Assembly: GCA_964016885.1 (NCBI GenBank)
Contig: OZ024740.1
Coordinates: 38,006,001 to 38,070,000 of the forward strand
Direction of reading: 5' to 3'
Length of the DNA stretch: 64,000 nt
From: Eledone cirrhosa
Lineage: Eukaryota
This document shows, one piece after another, positions 12,872 through 27,100 of the stretch (within the stretch, counting starts at the first letter, position 1; every line of letters starts with the position of its first letter). The position numbers and the translations under genes were made by a program. Below the pieces are notes generated by a model. It searched no databases. It saw only the letters and a program-made list of their open reading frames with translations, and was not told the origin of the DNA.

Positions 12872-13099
12872 TTAACCCTTTAGCATTTACATTACTCTCT
12901 ATGTATTATTGTATTTTCCTAGTAAAGGCTTTATCTCATATAATATCTCACATAATATTGAATCTATGAGATTTTGATATTATTTATTTTGAGAACAATA
13001 CCTTAACACCAGTATGAGGGGCCAGTTATGGCCAGTTTGAACAGAAAAAGGTGAGAGAATTCCGGCCGGATATGGCCAGTTTAGATGCTAAAGGGTTAA
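12872..13099 (+). mobile_element. piggyBac-type MITE
   Basis: TTAA TSD and the same TIRs and internal sequence as the 3921 copy. Confidence 0.9.
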
Positions 13100-13374
13100 A
13101 CTATATAGCCTGAGACGCTATAGGGTAATTTTCCCATGCCAAAAACTAACTATCCAAGTTTGTTAATACCTTGTTTACAACTACTGTTCTAATGTCAGAA
13201 TATGAGTCACTCATCTCCCCATAAAACACATAAAAATCACTAAAACAAATGTAAAATAAACCAAAAACCTGATAGGAAACTTCTGTAAACAATGCCTGAA
13301 AAGTGTAAGATGTAATCTACAGCATTATTAGTTCATTTGGAGGTTACTAGTCTATAAAAAAAGAGGCTACATTG

Positions 13375-13640
13375 TTGAAGCTAATATATCAGCTGTATAA
13401 TGTTTTGGGTCACATTATCAAGTGTTTTGGGTCACATTATCAAGTGTTTTGGGCCACATTATCAAGTGTTTTGAGCCACATTATCAAGTTTTTGGGGCTA
13501 CATTATCAAGTGCTTTTGGCCATGTTATTAAAGCCAGTATATCAGTTGTATAATGTTTTTGACCATGTTATCAAGGCCAATATATCAGCTGTATAATACT
13601 TTGGGCCATATTATCGTGTTTTGGGCCACATGTGTTATTG
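13375..13640. repeat. Degenerate tandem repeat, about 21 bp
   Basis: CACATTATCAAGTGTTTTGGG units. Confidence 0.8.
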
Positions 13641-13962
13641 GCCATATAGTATTTTAGGAAACATTTTGAGGTCAATATATCAGTCTTGCAGCACTATAAA
13701 GGTCAAATATATTTATCTTATGCTTCCTGCAAACACTTATTTTAATTTGCTTGAATGGCATAAAAGGTAAGAACATTTCTCTAAAATTTAACCATAATAG
13801 AAAGTTTAGATCTTGAAACCTGGAAGTAGAATTAGCCCACTAAATTCCTACAAACTTGTTCCTAATTATTCTCAGTTTAAAAAAATAGAAATATATCATA
13901 TAATCCACCCCTACAAAATTCTACTTATGAGCAAACCATATACAACTCAGCAGCATGCATAC

Positions 13963-14182
13963 CCGACTACCACTGACTGGATTGAATACATGGATTAAAT
14001 TGGTGAGGATTTGTCCAGCAGTATAGGAATCCACAGCAGATTGAATCCCCAGATTAGGCAGGCTGTGTTGATTGATTAAAACAGGAGAACTATTGTCCAG
14101 AAGGCAATAGTGACAAATTCTGGTCAATCCTTCTAACATAGTCAACACATGGTCTGGAGGAAGACTCTTCATTTGCTGCTTC
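13963..14182 (-). CDS. DOP1A: Dopey/DOP1 internal exon
   Basis: KQQMKSLPPDHVLTMLEGLTRICHYCLLD...NPVSGSR. Acceptor tttcag, donor gtatgc. Phase matches the 54930 exon across the 40.7-kb intron. Confidence 0.9.
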
Positions 14183-14321
14183 CTGAAAATATAAATAAAT
14201 TATATCAATATAGATATGTGTATAGAACTGTGTGAAGAATATGGACATGTAATATATACACTTGTGTATATAACTGTGATGTTGGTGTGTAGACATAATA
14301 TATACAGACATAATAATATTT

Positions 14322-15788
14322 GCAGAGTCCTTCCCTTCTATTGTGGTCCCCCCCTCCCCATCAGTTTGGTGCTCCTTAGGAGCCCCAATTACAGACCTTG
14401 CCTTCGAGTTGATCTTCCAATCGAAGATGGTTGGCTTTGAGCAGTTGCTGAAGAATATCGAAGCAATTGAACCACATCGAGGTTTTTTCATACTCAGAAA
14501 CTACCTTTTGATTCCTAAGCTTCTATATCTGCTCAGAGTCAGCCCTTCTCATATATTTCCATCCTGCCTCCAACACTTCAATGACATAATCTTTGAGAGA
14601 CTCGAGTGCTTGGTCAATGTCAGACTCTCTCCAGAGTCCCGCGATAAGGCTCCGTTGCCCAAGCGATTTGGAAGTCTTGGTCTTCATAAATGTTCATCCC
14701 TATCTCTCCCCTGCTTCCTTTCCTCCACCCACGCTTATATCATCTCTTCTCCACCATGGACTAGTTCCTACAGGGAGTTAGATGAAGCTCTCCAACAATG
14801 GAGTGAGTTGGGCTTGTCTGTTCCTGAGAAGGTGGAGAACAAAGTCAGAGAGTTTGGGACAACATAAGTTTGAAAGCCACCTTCGACTCCCTCTTCGACC
14901 AGTCGGATCAGTTTTCAAGGTGTCGCTTACTGTCTGCCAGCACCAAATACTCAGGTGACTGGGTTGATGCCCTAACCGTGGCTAATGTTAATGGCCTACC
15001 TAGCTTGGACGAACTTCGTATCTCCATTGCCCTCAGAGTGGGAGCTGATGTCTGCATGGGTTTGAGGTGTCAATGTGGCAAACTTGACTCCACAGGCCTC
15101 CAAGGTCTTTCTTGCCGCCTGAATGCCAGTGGCTTCGCACGTCACACAGAGCTAAACCTTATTCTCAAGAGAGCTTTGGCCCGGGCAAACATCCCCTCAA
15201 TCTTAGAACCATCTGGGTTGTCCAGAAGTGATGGGAAAAGACTTGACGGCCTTACCCTGTGTCCCTGATCGATAGGCAGGCGCCTTATCAGGGATGTCAT
15301 AGTTAGTAACACTTTCTTTTGCTTCTTCCCATATCCTGGATACTGCAGTTAGGGCGAGAGCCACAACTTCCGCAGTCAAATGAAACAAACTCCATGATCT
15401 GTCAGCCAACTACATTTTCCAGCCTATGGCGTTCAAGACGTTTGGGGGAGTCGGGCTATTGACTGTGAGATTCCTAACTTCACTGGCGGCTCACGTAACA
15501 GAGGTAACTGGTGAAGCTCGTGATGGCACTGGGTCATTCCAGCACCTCAGCCTCGCCATCAACCGAAGTAATGCTGCAAGCATGCTGGTTTGCCTCAAAA
15601 ATCATTAGAGAGGTTTCCCAGTGCTCCTCGCAATACTGTTATAGTTTGTTCTTGTAGCTGATCGGTTGTCCACCTCTTTCGCCTGCCTTTTGTTGTATGT
15701 GGTCCCAGATGTGTGTTTTTTCTGGGGTTTTTTCCTTTCCCTTTCCTCTATATTACATTTGTTTGTGCTTTTGTTCTGTAAGCATTGT
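14322..15788 (+). mobile_element. 5'-truncated CRE-like non-LTR retrotransposon with restriction-like endonuclease (pseudogenised)
   Basis: ORF pieces: LGAPI...PKLLYLLR...LPKRFGSLGL (post-RT), SGDWVDAL, RISIALRVG, zinc-knuckle-like CQCG...LSC, RHTELN, EPSGLSRSDGKRLDG (PD-type RLE motif) and FQHLSLAINRSNA. Stops and frameshifts separate the pieces. Confidence 0.8.
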
Positions 15789-15806
15789 ATTATTATATCT
15801 CTTTTT

Positions 15807-15993
15807 GGTGGTGGATTGGCAGTATCGGTAGAGGGTCGGACACCATGCTTTGATGCATAGAGTTACGGCCCTTGTCGTTCTGAGTTCAAATCCTGCCGAG
15901 GTTAACTTTGCCTTTCATCCTTACGGGGTCGATAAAATAAAGTACCAGTAATGCACTGAGTAATTACTGACCTTGTGCCAAAAAGTAGAAACA
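15807..15993 (+). mobile_element. tRNA-derived SINE, ATT-tailed family
   Basis: Homologous to 2086-2269. TSD-like ATTATTATATCTCTTTTT at 15789-15806 and 16023-16040. Confidence 0.9.
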
Positions 15994-16142
15994 ATTATTA
16001 TATCAAGTAAGAATATTTTCGAATTATTATATCTCTTTTTATACAACAGTGAATACAATTTTAGAATCTAAATATATATATATATATATATCATCATCAT
16101 CATTTAACGTCTATCTTCCACGCTAACGTGGCTTTATATAAA

Positions 16143-16265
16143 TTATAAAAACAGATTAAAGTTTAAGCAAAGAATCGCTGCTTTCACCCTTAACGGGATC
16201 TTCAGAAGATACTGTTAAGGGTGAAAGCAGCGATTCTTTGCTTAAACTTTAATCTGTTCTTATAA
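16143..16265. repeat. Near-perfect palindrome, about 120 bp (Penelope-like LTR remnant?)
   Basis: Arms TTATAAAAACAGATTAAAGTTTAAGCAAAGAATCGCTGCTTTCACCCTTAAC.. and its reverse complement; 1-nt centre at 16204. Confidence 0.9.
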
Positions 16266-17934
16266 TAAATATTTGCTCTACGGGTCTATATATATATTAC
16301 ATATATATATAATCTTTATCGAGTCCTCTTCAGATTTTAGTCTTCACATTGATTATTATTATTATATATATATATACACACACTTGTATCTACACATGTG
16401 TAGAATGTGGACATGTAATATATATATATAAATGTGTGTAGAATGTTAATATGTAATAATATATACACGTGTATTTAACTGTGATGTTAGTGTACAGAAT
16501 GTGCATATGTAATTATACACGTGTGTAGAATGTGGATATATAATAATATATATGCATGTATAACTGTGGTGTGTAAGATATGTACATGTTATAATATATA
16601 GACATGTGTATATAACTGTGGTGTGTAAGATATGTACATGTTATAATATATAGACATGTGTATATAACTGTCATGTGTAAGATATGTACATGTAATAATA
16701 TATAGACACGTATATATAACTGTAATGTGTAAGATATGTACATGTAATAATATATAGACATGTGTATATAACTGTGGTGTGTAATATATGTACATGTTAT
16801 AATATATAGACATGTGTATATAACTGTGATGTGTAAGATATGAACATGTAATAATATATAGACGTGTATATAACTGTGGTGTGTAAGATATGTACATGTT
16901 ATAATATATAGACATGTGTATAACTGTGGTGTGTACGATATGTACATGTAATAATATATAGACATGTGTATATAACTGTGGTGTGTAAGATATGTATATG
17001 TTATAATATATAGACATGTGTATATAACTGTGGTGTGTAAGATATGTACATGTTATAATATATAGACATGTGTATATAACTGTGGTGTGTAAGATATGTA
17101 CATGTTATAATATATAGACGTGTATATAACTGTGGTGTGTAAGATATGTACATGTTATAATATATAGACATGTGTATAACTGTGGTGTGTACGATATGTA
17201 CATGTTATAATATATAGACATGTATATATAACTGTGGTGTGTAAGATATGTACATGTAATAATATATAGACATGTGTATATAACTGTGGTGTGTAAGATA
17301 TGTACATGTTATAAAATATAGACATGTGTATATAACTGTCGTGTGTAAGATGTGTACATGTAATAATATATAGACATGTGTATATAACTGTGGTGTATAA
17401 GATATGTATATGTTATAATATATAGACATGTGTATATAACTGTGGTGTGTAAGATATGTACATGTTATAATATATAGACATGTGTATATAACTGTGGTGT
17501 GTAAGATATGTACATGTAATAATATATAGACATGTGTATATAACTGTGGTGTGTAAGATATGTACATGTTATAAAATATAGACATGTGTATATAACTGTC
17601 GTGTGTAAGATGTGTACATGTAATAATATATAGACATGTGTATATAACGGTGGTGTATAAGATATGTACATGTAATAATATATAGACATGTGTATATAAC
17701 TGTGGTGTGTAAGATATGTACATGTTATAATATATAGACATGTGTATATAACTGTGTAAGATATGTACATGTTATAATATATAGACATGTGTATATAACT
17801 GTGGTGTGTAATATATGTACATGTTATAATATATAGACATGTGTATATAACTGTGGTGTATAAGATATGTACATGAAATAATATATAGACATGTGTATAT
17901 AACTGTGGTGTGTAAGATATGTACATGTAATAAT

Positions 17935-18119
17935 TGTTTCTACTTTAGGCACAAGGTCAGCAATTACCCAGTGCATTACTGGTACTTTATTTTATCGACC
18001 CCGTAAGGATGAAAGGCAAAGTCAACCTCGGCGGGATTTGAACTCAGATCGTAAAGGGACATAACTATGCTAGAAAGCATGGCGTCCGACCCTCTACCGA
18101 TACTGCCAATCCACCACCC
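17935..18119 (-). mobile_element. tRNA-derived SINE inserted in the satellite
   Basis: Reverse complement of the 2086-2269 family, flanked by ATGTACATGT(A/T)ATAAT satellite sequence. Confidence 0.92.
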
Positions 18120-21100
18120 TATGTACATGTTATAATATATAGACATGTGTATATAACTGTGGTGTGTAAGATATGTACATGTTATAATATATAGACATGT
18201 GTATATAACTGTGGTGTGTAATATATGTACATGTTATAATATATAGACATGTGTATATACCTGTGGTGTGTAATATATGTACATGTTATAATATATAGAC
18301 ATGTGTATAAGATATGTACATGTTATAATATATAGACGTGTATATAACTGTGGTGTGTAAGATATGTACATGTTATAATATATAGACATGTGTATATACC
18401 TGTGATGTGTAAGATATGAACATGTTATGATATATAGACGTGTGTATATAACTGTGGTGTGTAAGATATGTACATGTTATAATATATAGACATGTGTATA
18501 AGATATGTACATGTTATAATATATAGACATGTGTATATAACTGTGGTGTGTAAGATATGTACATGTTATAATATATAGACATGTGTATATAACTGTGGTG
18601 TGTTAGATACGTACATGTTATAATATATAGACATGTGTATATAACTGTGGTGTGTAAGATATGTATATGTTATAATATATAGACATGTGTATATAACTGT
18701 GGTGTGGAAGATATGTACATGTTATAATATATAGACGTGTATATAACTGTGGTGTGTAAGATATGTACATGTTATAATATATAGACATGTGTATATAACT
18801 GTGGTGTGTAAGATATGAACATGTTATAATATATAGACGTGTGTATATAACTGTGGTTTGTAAGATATGTACATGTTATAATATATAGACATGTGTATAA
18901 GATATGTACATGTTATAATATATAGACATGTGTATATACCTGTGGTGTGTAATATATGTACATGTTATAATATATAGACGTGTATATAACTGTGATGTGT
19001 AAGATATGTACATGTTATAATATATAGACACGTGTATATAACTGTGGTGTGTAAGATATGTACATGTGTATATAACTGTGGTGTGTAATATATGTACATG
19101 TTATAATATATAGACGTGTATATAACTGTGGTGTATAAGATATGTACATGTTATAATATATAGACATGTGTATATAACTGTGGTGTGTAAGATATGTACA
19201 TGTTATAATATATAGACATGTGTATATAACTGTGGTGTGTAAGATATGTACATGTTATAATATATAGACATGTGTATATAACTGTGGTGTGTAAGATATG
19301 TACATGTTATAATATATAGACATGTGTATATAACTGTGGTGTGTAAGATATGTACATGTTATAATATATAGACATGTGTATATAACTGTGGTGTGTAAGA
19401 TACGTACATGTTATAATATATAGACATGTGTATATAACTGTGGTGTGTAAGATATGTACATGTAATAATATATAGACATGTGTATATAACTGTGGTGTGT
19501 AAGATATGTACATGTTATGATATATAGACATGTGTATATAACTGTGGTGTGTAAGATATGTACATGTTATAAAATATAGACGTGTATATAACTGTGACGT
19601 GTAAGATATGTACATGTAATAATATATAGACACGTATATATAACTGTAATGTGTAAGATATGTACATGTAATAATATATAGACATGTGTATATAACTGTG
19701 ATGGTGTGTAAGATATGTACATGTAATAATATATAGACATGTGTATATAACTATGGTGTGTAAGATATGTACATATAATATATAGACATGTGTATATAAC
19801 TGTGGTGTGTAAGATATGTACATGTTATAATATATAGACATGTATATAACTGTGATGTGTAAGATATGTACATGTTATAATATATAGACATGTGTATATA
19901 ACTGTGGTGTGTAAGATATGTACATGTTATAATATATAGACATGTGTATAACTGTGGTGTGTAAGATATGTACATGTTATAATATATAGACATGTGTATA
20001 TAACTGTGGTGTGTAAGATATGTACATGTTATAATATATAGACATGTATATATAACGGTGGTGTGTAAGATATGTACATGTAATAATATATAGACATGTG
20101 TATATAACTGTGATGTGTAAGATATGTACATGTTATAATATATAGACGTGTATATAACTGTGGTGTGTAAGATAGGTACATGCTATAATATATAGACATG
20201 TGTTTATAACTATGGTGTGTAATATATGTACATGTTATAATATATAAACATGTGTATATAACTGTGGTGCGTAAGATATGTACATGTAATAATATATAGA
20301 CATGTGTATATAACTGTGGTGTGTAAGATATGTATATGTTATAATATATAGAAATGTGTATATAACTGTAGTGTGTAAGATATGTACATGTTATAATATA
20401 TAGACATGTGTATATAACTGTGGTGTGTAAGATATGTACATGTTATAATATATACACGTGTGTATATAACTGTGGTGTGTAAGATATGTACATGTTATAA
20501 TATATAAACATGTGTATATAACTGTGGTGTGTAATAAATGTACATGTTATAATATATAGACATGTGTATATAACTGTGTAAGATATGTACAGGTTATAAT
20601 ATATAGACATGTGTATATAACTGTGGTGTGTAAGATATGTACATGTTATAATATATAGACATGTGTATATAACTGTGGTGTGTAAGATATGTACATGTTA
20701 TAATATATAGACGTGTATATAACTGTGATGTGTAAGATATGTACATGTAATAATATATAGACATGTGTATATAACTATGGTGTGTAAGATATGTACATGT
20801 AATAATATATAGACATGTGTATATAACTGTGGTGTGTAATATATGTACATGTTATAATATATAGACGTGTATATAACTGTGGTGTATAAGATATGTACAT
20901 GTTATAATATATAGACATGTGTATATAACTGTGGTGTGTAAGATATGTACATGTTATAATATATAGACATGTGTATATAACTGTGGTGTGTAAGATATGT
21001 ACATGTTATAATATATAGACATGTGTATATAACTGTGGTGTGTAAGATATGTACATGTTATAATATATAGACATGTGTATATAACTGTGGTGTGTAAGAT

Positions 21101-24100
21101 ATGTACATGTTATAATATATAGACATGTGTATATAACTGTGGTGTGTAAGATACGTACATGTTATAATATATAGACATGTGTATATAACTGTGGTGTGTA
21201 AGATATGTACATGTAATAATATATAGACATGTGTATATAACTGTGGTGTGTAAGATATGTACATGTTATGATATATAGACATGTGTATATAACTGTGGTG
21301 TGTAAGATATGTACATGTTATAAAATATAGACGTGTATATAACTGTGACGTGTAAGATATGTACATGTAATAATATATAGACACGTATATATAACTGTAA
21401 TGTGTAAGATATGTACATGTAATAATATATAGACATGTGTATATAACTGTGATGGTGTGTAAGATATGTACATGTAATAATATATAGACATGTGTATATA
21501 ACTATGGTGTGTAAGATATGTACATATAATATATAGACATGTGTATATAACTGTGGTGTGTAAGATATGTACATGTTATAATATATAGACATGTATATAA
21601 CTGTGATGTGTAAGATATGTACATGTTATAATATATAGACATGTGTATATAACTGTGGTGTGTAAGATATGTACATGTTATAATATATAGACATGTGTAT
21701 AACTGTGGTGTGTAAGATATGTACATGTTATAATATATAGACATGTGTATATAACTGTGGTGTGTAAGATATGTACATGTTATAATATATAGACATGTAT
21801 ATATAACGGTGGTGTGTAAGATATGTACATGTAATAATATATAGACATGTGTATATAACTGTGATGTGTAAGATATGTACATGTTATAATATATAGACGT
21901 GTATATAACTGTGGTGTGTAAGATAGGTACATGCTATAATATATAGACATGTGTTTATAACTATGGTGTGTAATATATGTACATGTTATAATATATAAAC
22001 ATGTGTATATAACTGTGGTGCGTAAGATATGTACATGTAATAATATATAGACATGTGTATATAACTGTGGTGTGTAAGATATGTATATGTTATAATATAT
22101 AGAAATGTGTATATAACTGTAGTGTGTAAGATATGTACATGTTATAATATATAGACATGTGTATATAACTGTGGTGTGTAAGATATGTACATGTTATAAT
22201 ATATACACGTGTGTATATAACTGTGGTGTGTAAGATATGTACATGTTATAATATATAAACATGTGTATATAACTGTGGTGTGTAATAAATGTACATGTTA
22301 TAATATATAGACATGTGTATATAACTGTGTAAGATATGTACAGGTTATAATATATAGACATGTGTATATAACTGTGGTGTGTAAGATATGTACATGTTAT
22401 AATATATAGACATGTGTATATAACTGTGGTGTGTAAGATATGTACATGTTATAATATATAGACGTGTATATAACTGTGATGTGTAAGATATGTACATGTA
22501 ATAATATATAGACATGTGTATATAACTATGGTGTGTAAGATATGTACATGTAATAATATATAGACATGTGTATATAACTGTGGTGTGTAATATATGTACA
22601 TGTTATAATATATAGACATGTGTATATAACTGTGTAAGATATGTACATGTTATAATATATAGACATGTGTATATAACTGTGGTGTGTAAGATATGTACAT
22701 GTAATAATATATAGACATGTGTATATAACTGTGGTGTGTAAGATATGTACATGTAATAATATATAGACATGTGTATATAACTGTGGTGTGTAAGATATGT
22801 ACATGTGTATATAACTGTGATGTGTAAGATATGTACATGTTATAATATATAGACATGTGTATATAACTGTGGTGTGTAAGATATGTTCATGTAATAATAT
22901 ATAGACATGTGTATATAACTGTGGTGTGTAAGATATGTACATGTAATAATATATAGACATGTTTATATAACTATGGTGTGTAAGATATGTACATGTAATA
23001 ATATATAGACATGTGTATATAACTGTGGTGTGTAAGATATGTACATGTTATAATATAGAGACATGTGTATATAACTGTGGTGTGTAAGATATGTACATGT
23101 TATAATATATAGACATGTGTATATAACTGTGGTGTGTAAGATATGTACATGTTATAATATATAGACATGTGTATATAACTGAGGTGTGTAAGATATGTAC
23201 ATGTTATAATATATAGACATGTGTATATAACTGTTGTGTGTAAGATATGTACATGTTATAATATATAGACATGAGGTATATAACTGTGGTGTGTAAGATA
23301 TGTACATGTAATAATATATAGACATGTGTATATAACTGTGGTGTGTACGATATGTACATGTTATAATATATAGACATGTGTATATAACTGTGGTGTGTAC
23401 GATATGTACATGTTATAATATATAGACATGTGTATATAACTGTCGTGTGTAAGATATGTACATGTTATAAAATATAGACATGTGTATATAACTGTGGTGT
23501 GTAAGATATGTACATGTTATAATATATAGACGTGTGTATATAACTGTGGTGTGTAAGATATTTACATGTGTATATAACTGTGATGTGTAAGATATGTACA
23601 TGTTATAATATATAGACGTGTGTATATAACTGTGATGTGTAAGATATGTACATGTTATAATATATAGACGTGTATATAACTGTCGTGTGTAAGATGTGTA
23701 CATGTTATAATATATAGACATATGTATATAACTGTGGTGTGTAAGATATGTACATGTTATAATATATAGACATATGTATATAACTGTGGTGTGTAAGATA
23801 TGTACATGTTATAATATATAGACATGTGTATATAACTGTGATGTGTAAGATATGTACATGTTATAATATATAGACATGTGTATATAACTGTGGTGTGTAA
23901 GATATGTAAATGTTATAATATATAGACATGTGTATAACTGTGGTGTGTAAGATATGTACATGTTATAATATATAGACATGTGTATATAACTGTGGTGTGT
24001 AAGATATGTACATGTAATAATATATAGACGTGTATATAACTGTGGTGTGTAAGATATGTACATGTTATAATATATAGACATGTGTATATAACTGTGGTGT

Positions 24101-27100
24101 GTAAGATATGTACATGTAATAATATATAGACACGTGTATATAACTGAGGTGTGTAAGATATGTACATGTAATAATATATAGACATGTGTATATAACTGTG
24201 GTGTGTAAGATATGTACATGTAATAATATATAGACACGTGTATATAACTAAGGTGTGTAAGATATGTACATGTAATAATATATAGACATATGTATATAAC
24301 TGTGTAAGATATGTACATGTTATAATATATAGACATGTGTATATAACTGTGGTGTGTAAGATATGTACATGTAATAATATATAGACATGTGTATATAACT
24401 GTGGTGTGTAAGATATGTACATGTAATAATATATAGACCGGTGTATATAACTGTGATGTGTCAGATATGTACATGTTATGATATATAGACGTGTATATAA
24501 CTGTGGTGTGTAAGATATGTATATGTTATAATATATAGACATGTGTATATAACTGTAGTGTGAAGATATGTACATGTTATAATATATAGACATGTGTATA
24601 TAACTGTGGTGTGTAAGATATGTACATGTTATAATATATAGACGTGTGTATATAACTGTGGTGTGTAAGATATGTACATGTTATAATATATAAACATGTG
24701 TATATAACTGTGGTGTGTAATATATGTACATGTTATAATATATAGACATGTGTATATAACTGTGTAAGATATGTACATGTTATAATATATAGACATGTGT
24801 ATATAACTGTGGTGTGTAAGATATGTACATGTTATAATATATAGACGTGTATATAACTGTGATGTGTAAGACATGTACATGTAATAATATATAGACATGT
24901 GTATATAACTATGGTGTGTAAGATATGTACATGTAATAATATATAGACATGTGTATATAACTGTGGTGTGTAATATATGTACATGTTATAATATATAGAC
25001 ATGTGTATATAACTGTGTAAGATATGTACATGTTATAATATATAGACATGTGTATATAACTGTGGTGTGTAAGATATGTACATGTAATAATATATAGACA
25101 TGTGTATATAACTGTGGTGTGTAAGATATGTACATGTAATAATATATAGACATGTGTATATAACTGTGGTGTGTAAGATATGTACATGTTATAATATATA
25201 GACGTGTGTATATAACTGTGGTGTGTAAGATATGTACATGTGTATATAACTGTGATGTGTAAGATATGTACATGTTATAATATATAGACATGTGTATATA
25301 ACTGTGGTGTGTAAGATATGTACATGTAATAATATATAGACATGTGTATATAACTGTGGTGTGTAAGATATGTACATGTGTATATAACTGTGATGTGTAA
25401 GATATGTACATGTTATAATATATAGACATGTGTATATAACTGTGGTGTGTAAGATATGTTCATGTAATAATATATAGACATGTGTATATAACTGTGGTGT
25501 GTAAGATATGTACATGTAATAATATATAGACATGTTTATATAACTATGGTGTGTAAGATATGTACATGTAATAATATATAGACATGTGTATATAACTGTG
25601 GTGTGTAAGATATGTACATGTTATAATATAGAGACATGTGTATATAACTGTGGTGTGTAAGATATGTACATGTTATAATATATAGACATGTGTATATAAC
25701 TGTGGTGTGTAAGATATGTACATGTTATAATATATAGACATGTGTATATAACTGAGGTGTGTAAGATATGTACATGTTATAATATATAGACATGTGTATA
25801 TAACTGTTGTGTGTAAGATATGTACATGTTATAATATATAGACATGAGGTATATAACTGTGGTGTGTAAGATATGTACATGTAATAATATATAGACATGT
25901 GTATATAACTGTGGTGTGTACGATATGTACATGTTATAATATATAGACATGTGTATATAACTGTGGTGTGTACGATATGTACATGTTATAATATATAGAC
26001 ATGTGTATATAACTGTCGTGTGTAAGATATGTACATGTTATAAAATATAGACATGTGTATATAACTGTGGTGTGTAAGATATGTACATGTTATAATATAT
26101 AGACGTGTGTATATAACTGTGGTGTGTAAGATATTTACATGTGTATATAACTGTGATGTGTAAGATATGTACATGTTATAATATATAGACGTGTGTATAT
26201 AACTGTGATGTGTAAGATATGTACATGTTATAATATATAGACGTGTATATAACTGTCGTGTGTAAGATGTGTACATGTTATAATATATAGACATATGTAT
26301 ATAACTGTGGTGTGTAAGATATGTACATGTTATAATATATAGACATATGTATATAACTGTGGTGTGTAAGATATGTACATGTTATAATATATAGACATGT
26401 GTATATAACTGTGATGTGTAAGATATGTACATGTTATAATATATAGACATGTGTATATAACTGTGGTGTGTAAGATATGTAAATGTTATAATATATAGAC
26501 ATGTGTATAACTGTGGTGTGTAAGATATGTACATGTTATAATATATAGACATGTGTATATAACTGTGGTGTGTAAGATATGTACATGTAATAATATATAG
26601 ACGTGTATATAACTGTGGTGTGTAAGATATGTACATGTTATAATATATAGACATGTGTATATAACTGTGGTGTGTAAGATATGTACATGTAATAATATAT
26701 AGACACGTGTATATAACTGAGGTGTGTAAGATATGTACATGTAATAATATATAGACATGTGTATATAACTGTGGTGTGTAAGATATGTACATGTAATAAT
26801 ATATAGACACGTGTATATAACTAAGGTGTGTAAGATATGTACATGTAATAATATATAGACATGTGTATATAACTGTGTAAGATATGTACATGTTATAATA
26901 TATAGACATGTGTATATAACTGTGGTGTGTAAGATATGTACATGTAATAATATATAGACATGTGTATATAACTGTGGTGTGTAAGATATGTACATGTAAT
27001 AATATATAGACATGTGTATATAACTGTGATGTGTAAGATATGTACATGTTATGATATATAGACGTGTATATAACTGTGGTGTGTAAGATATGTATATGTT

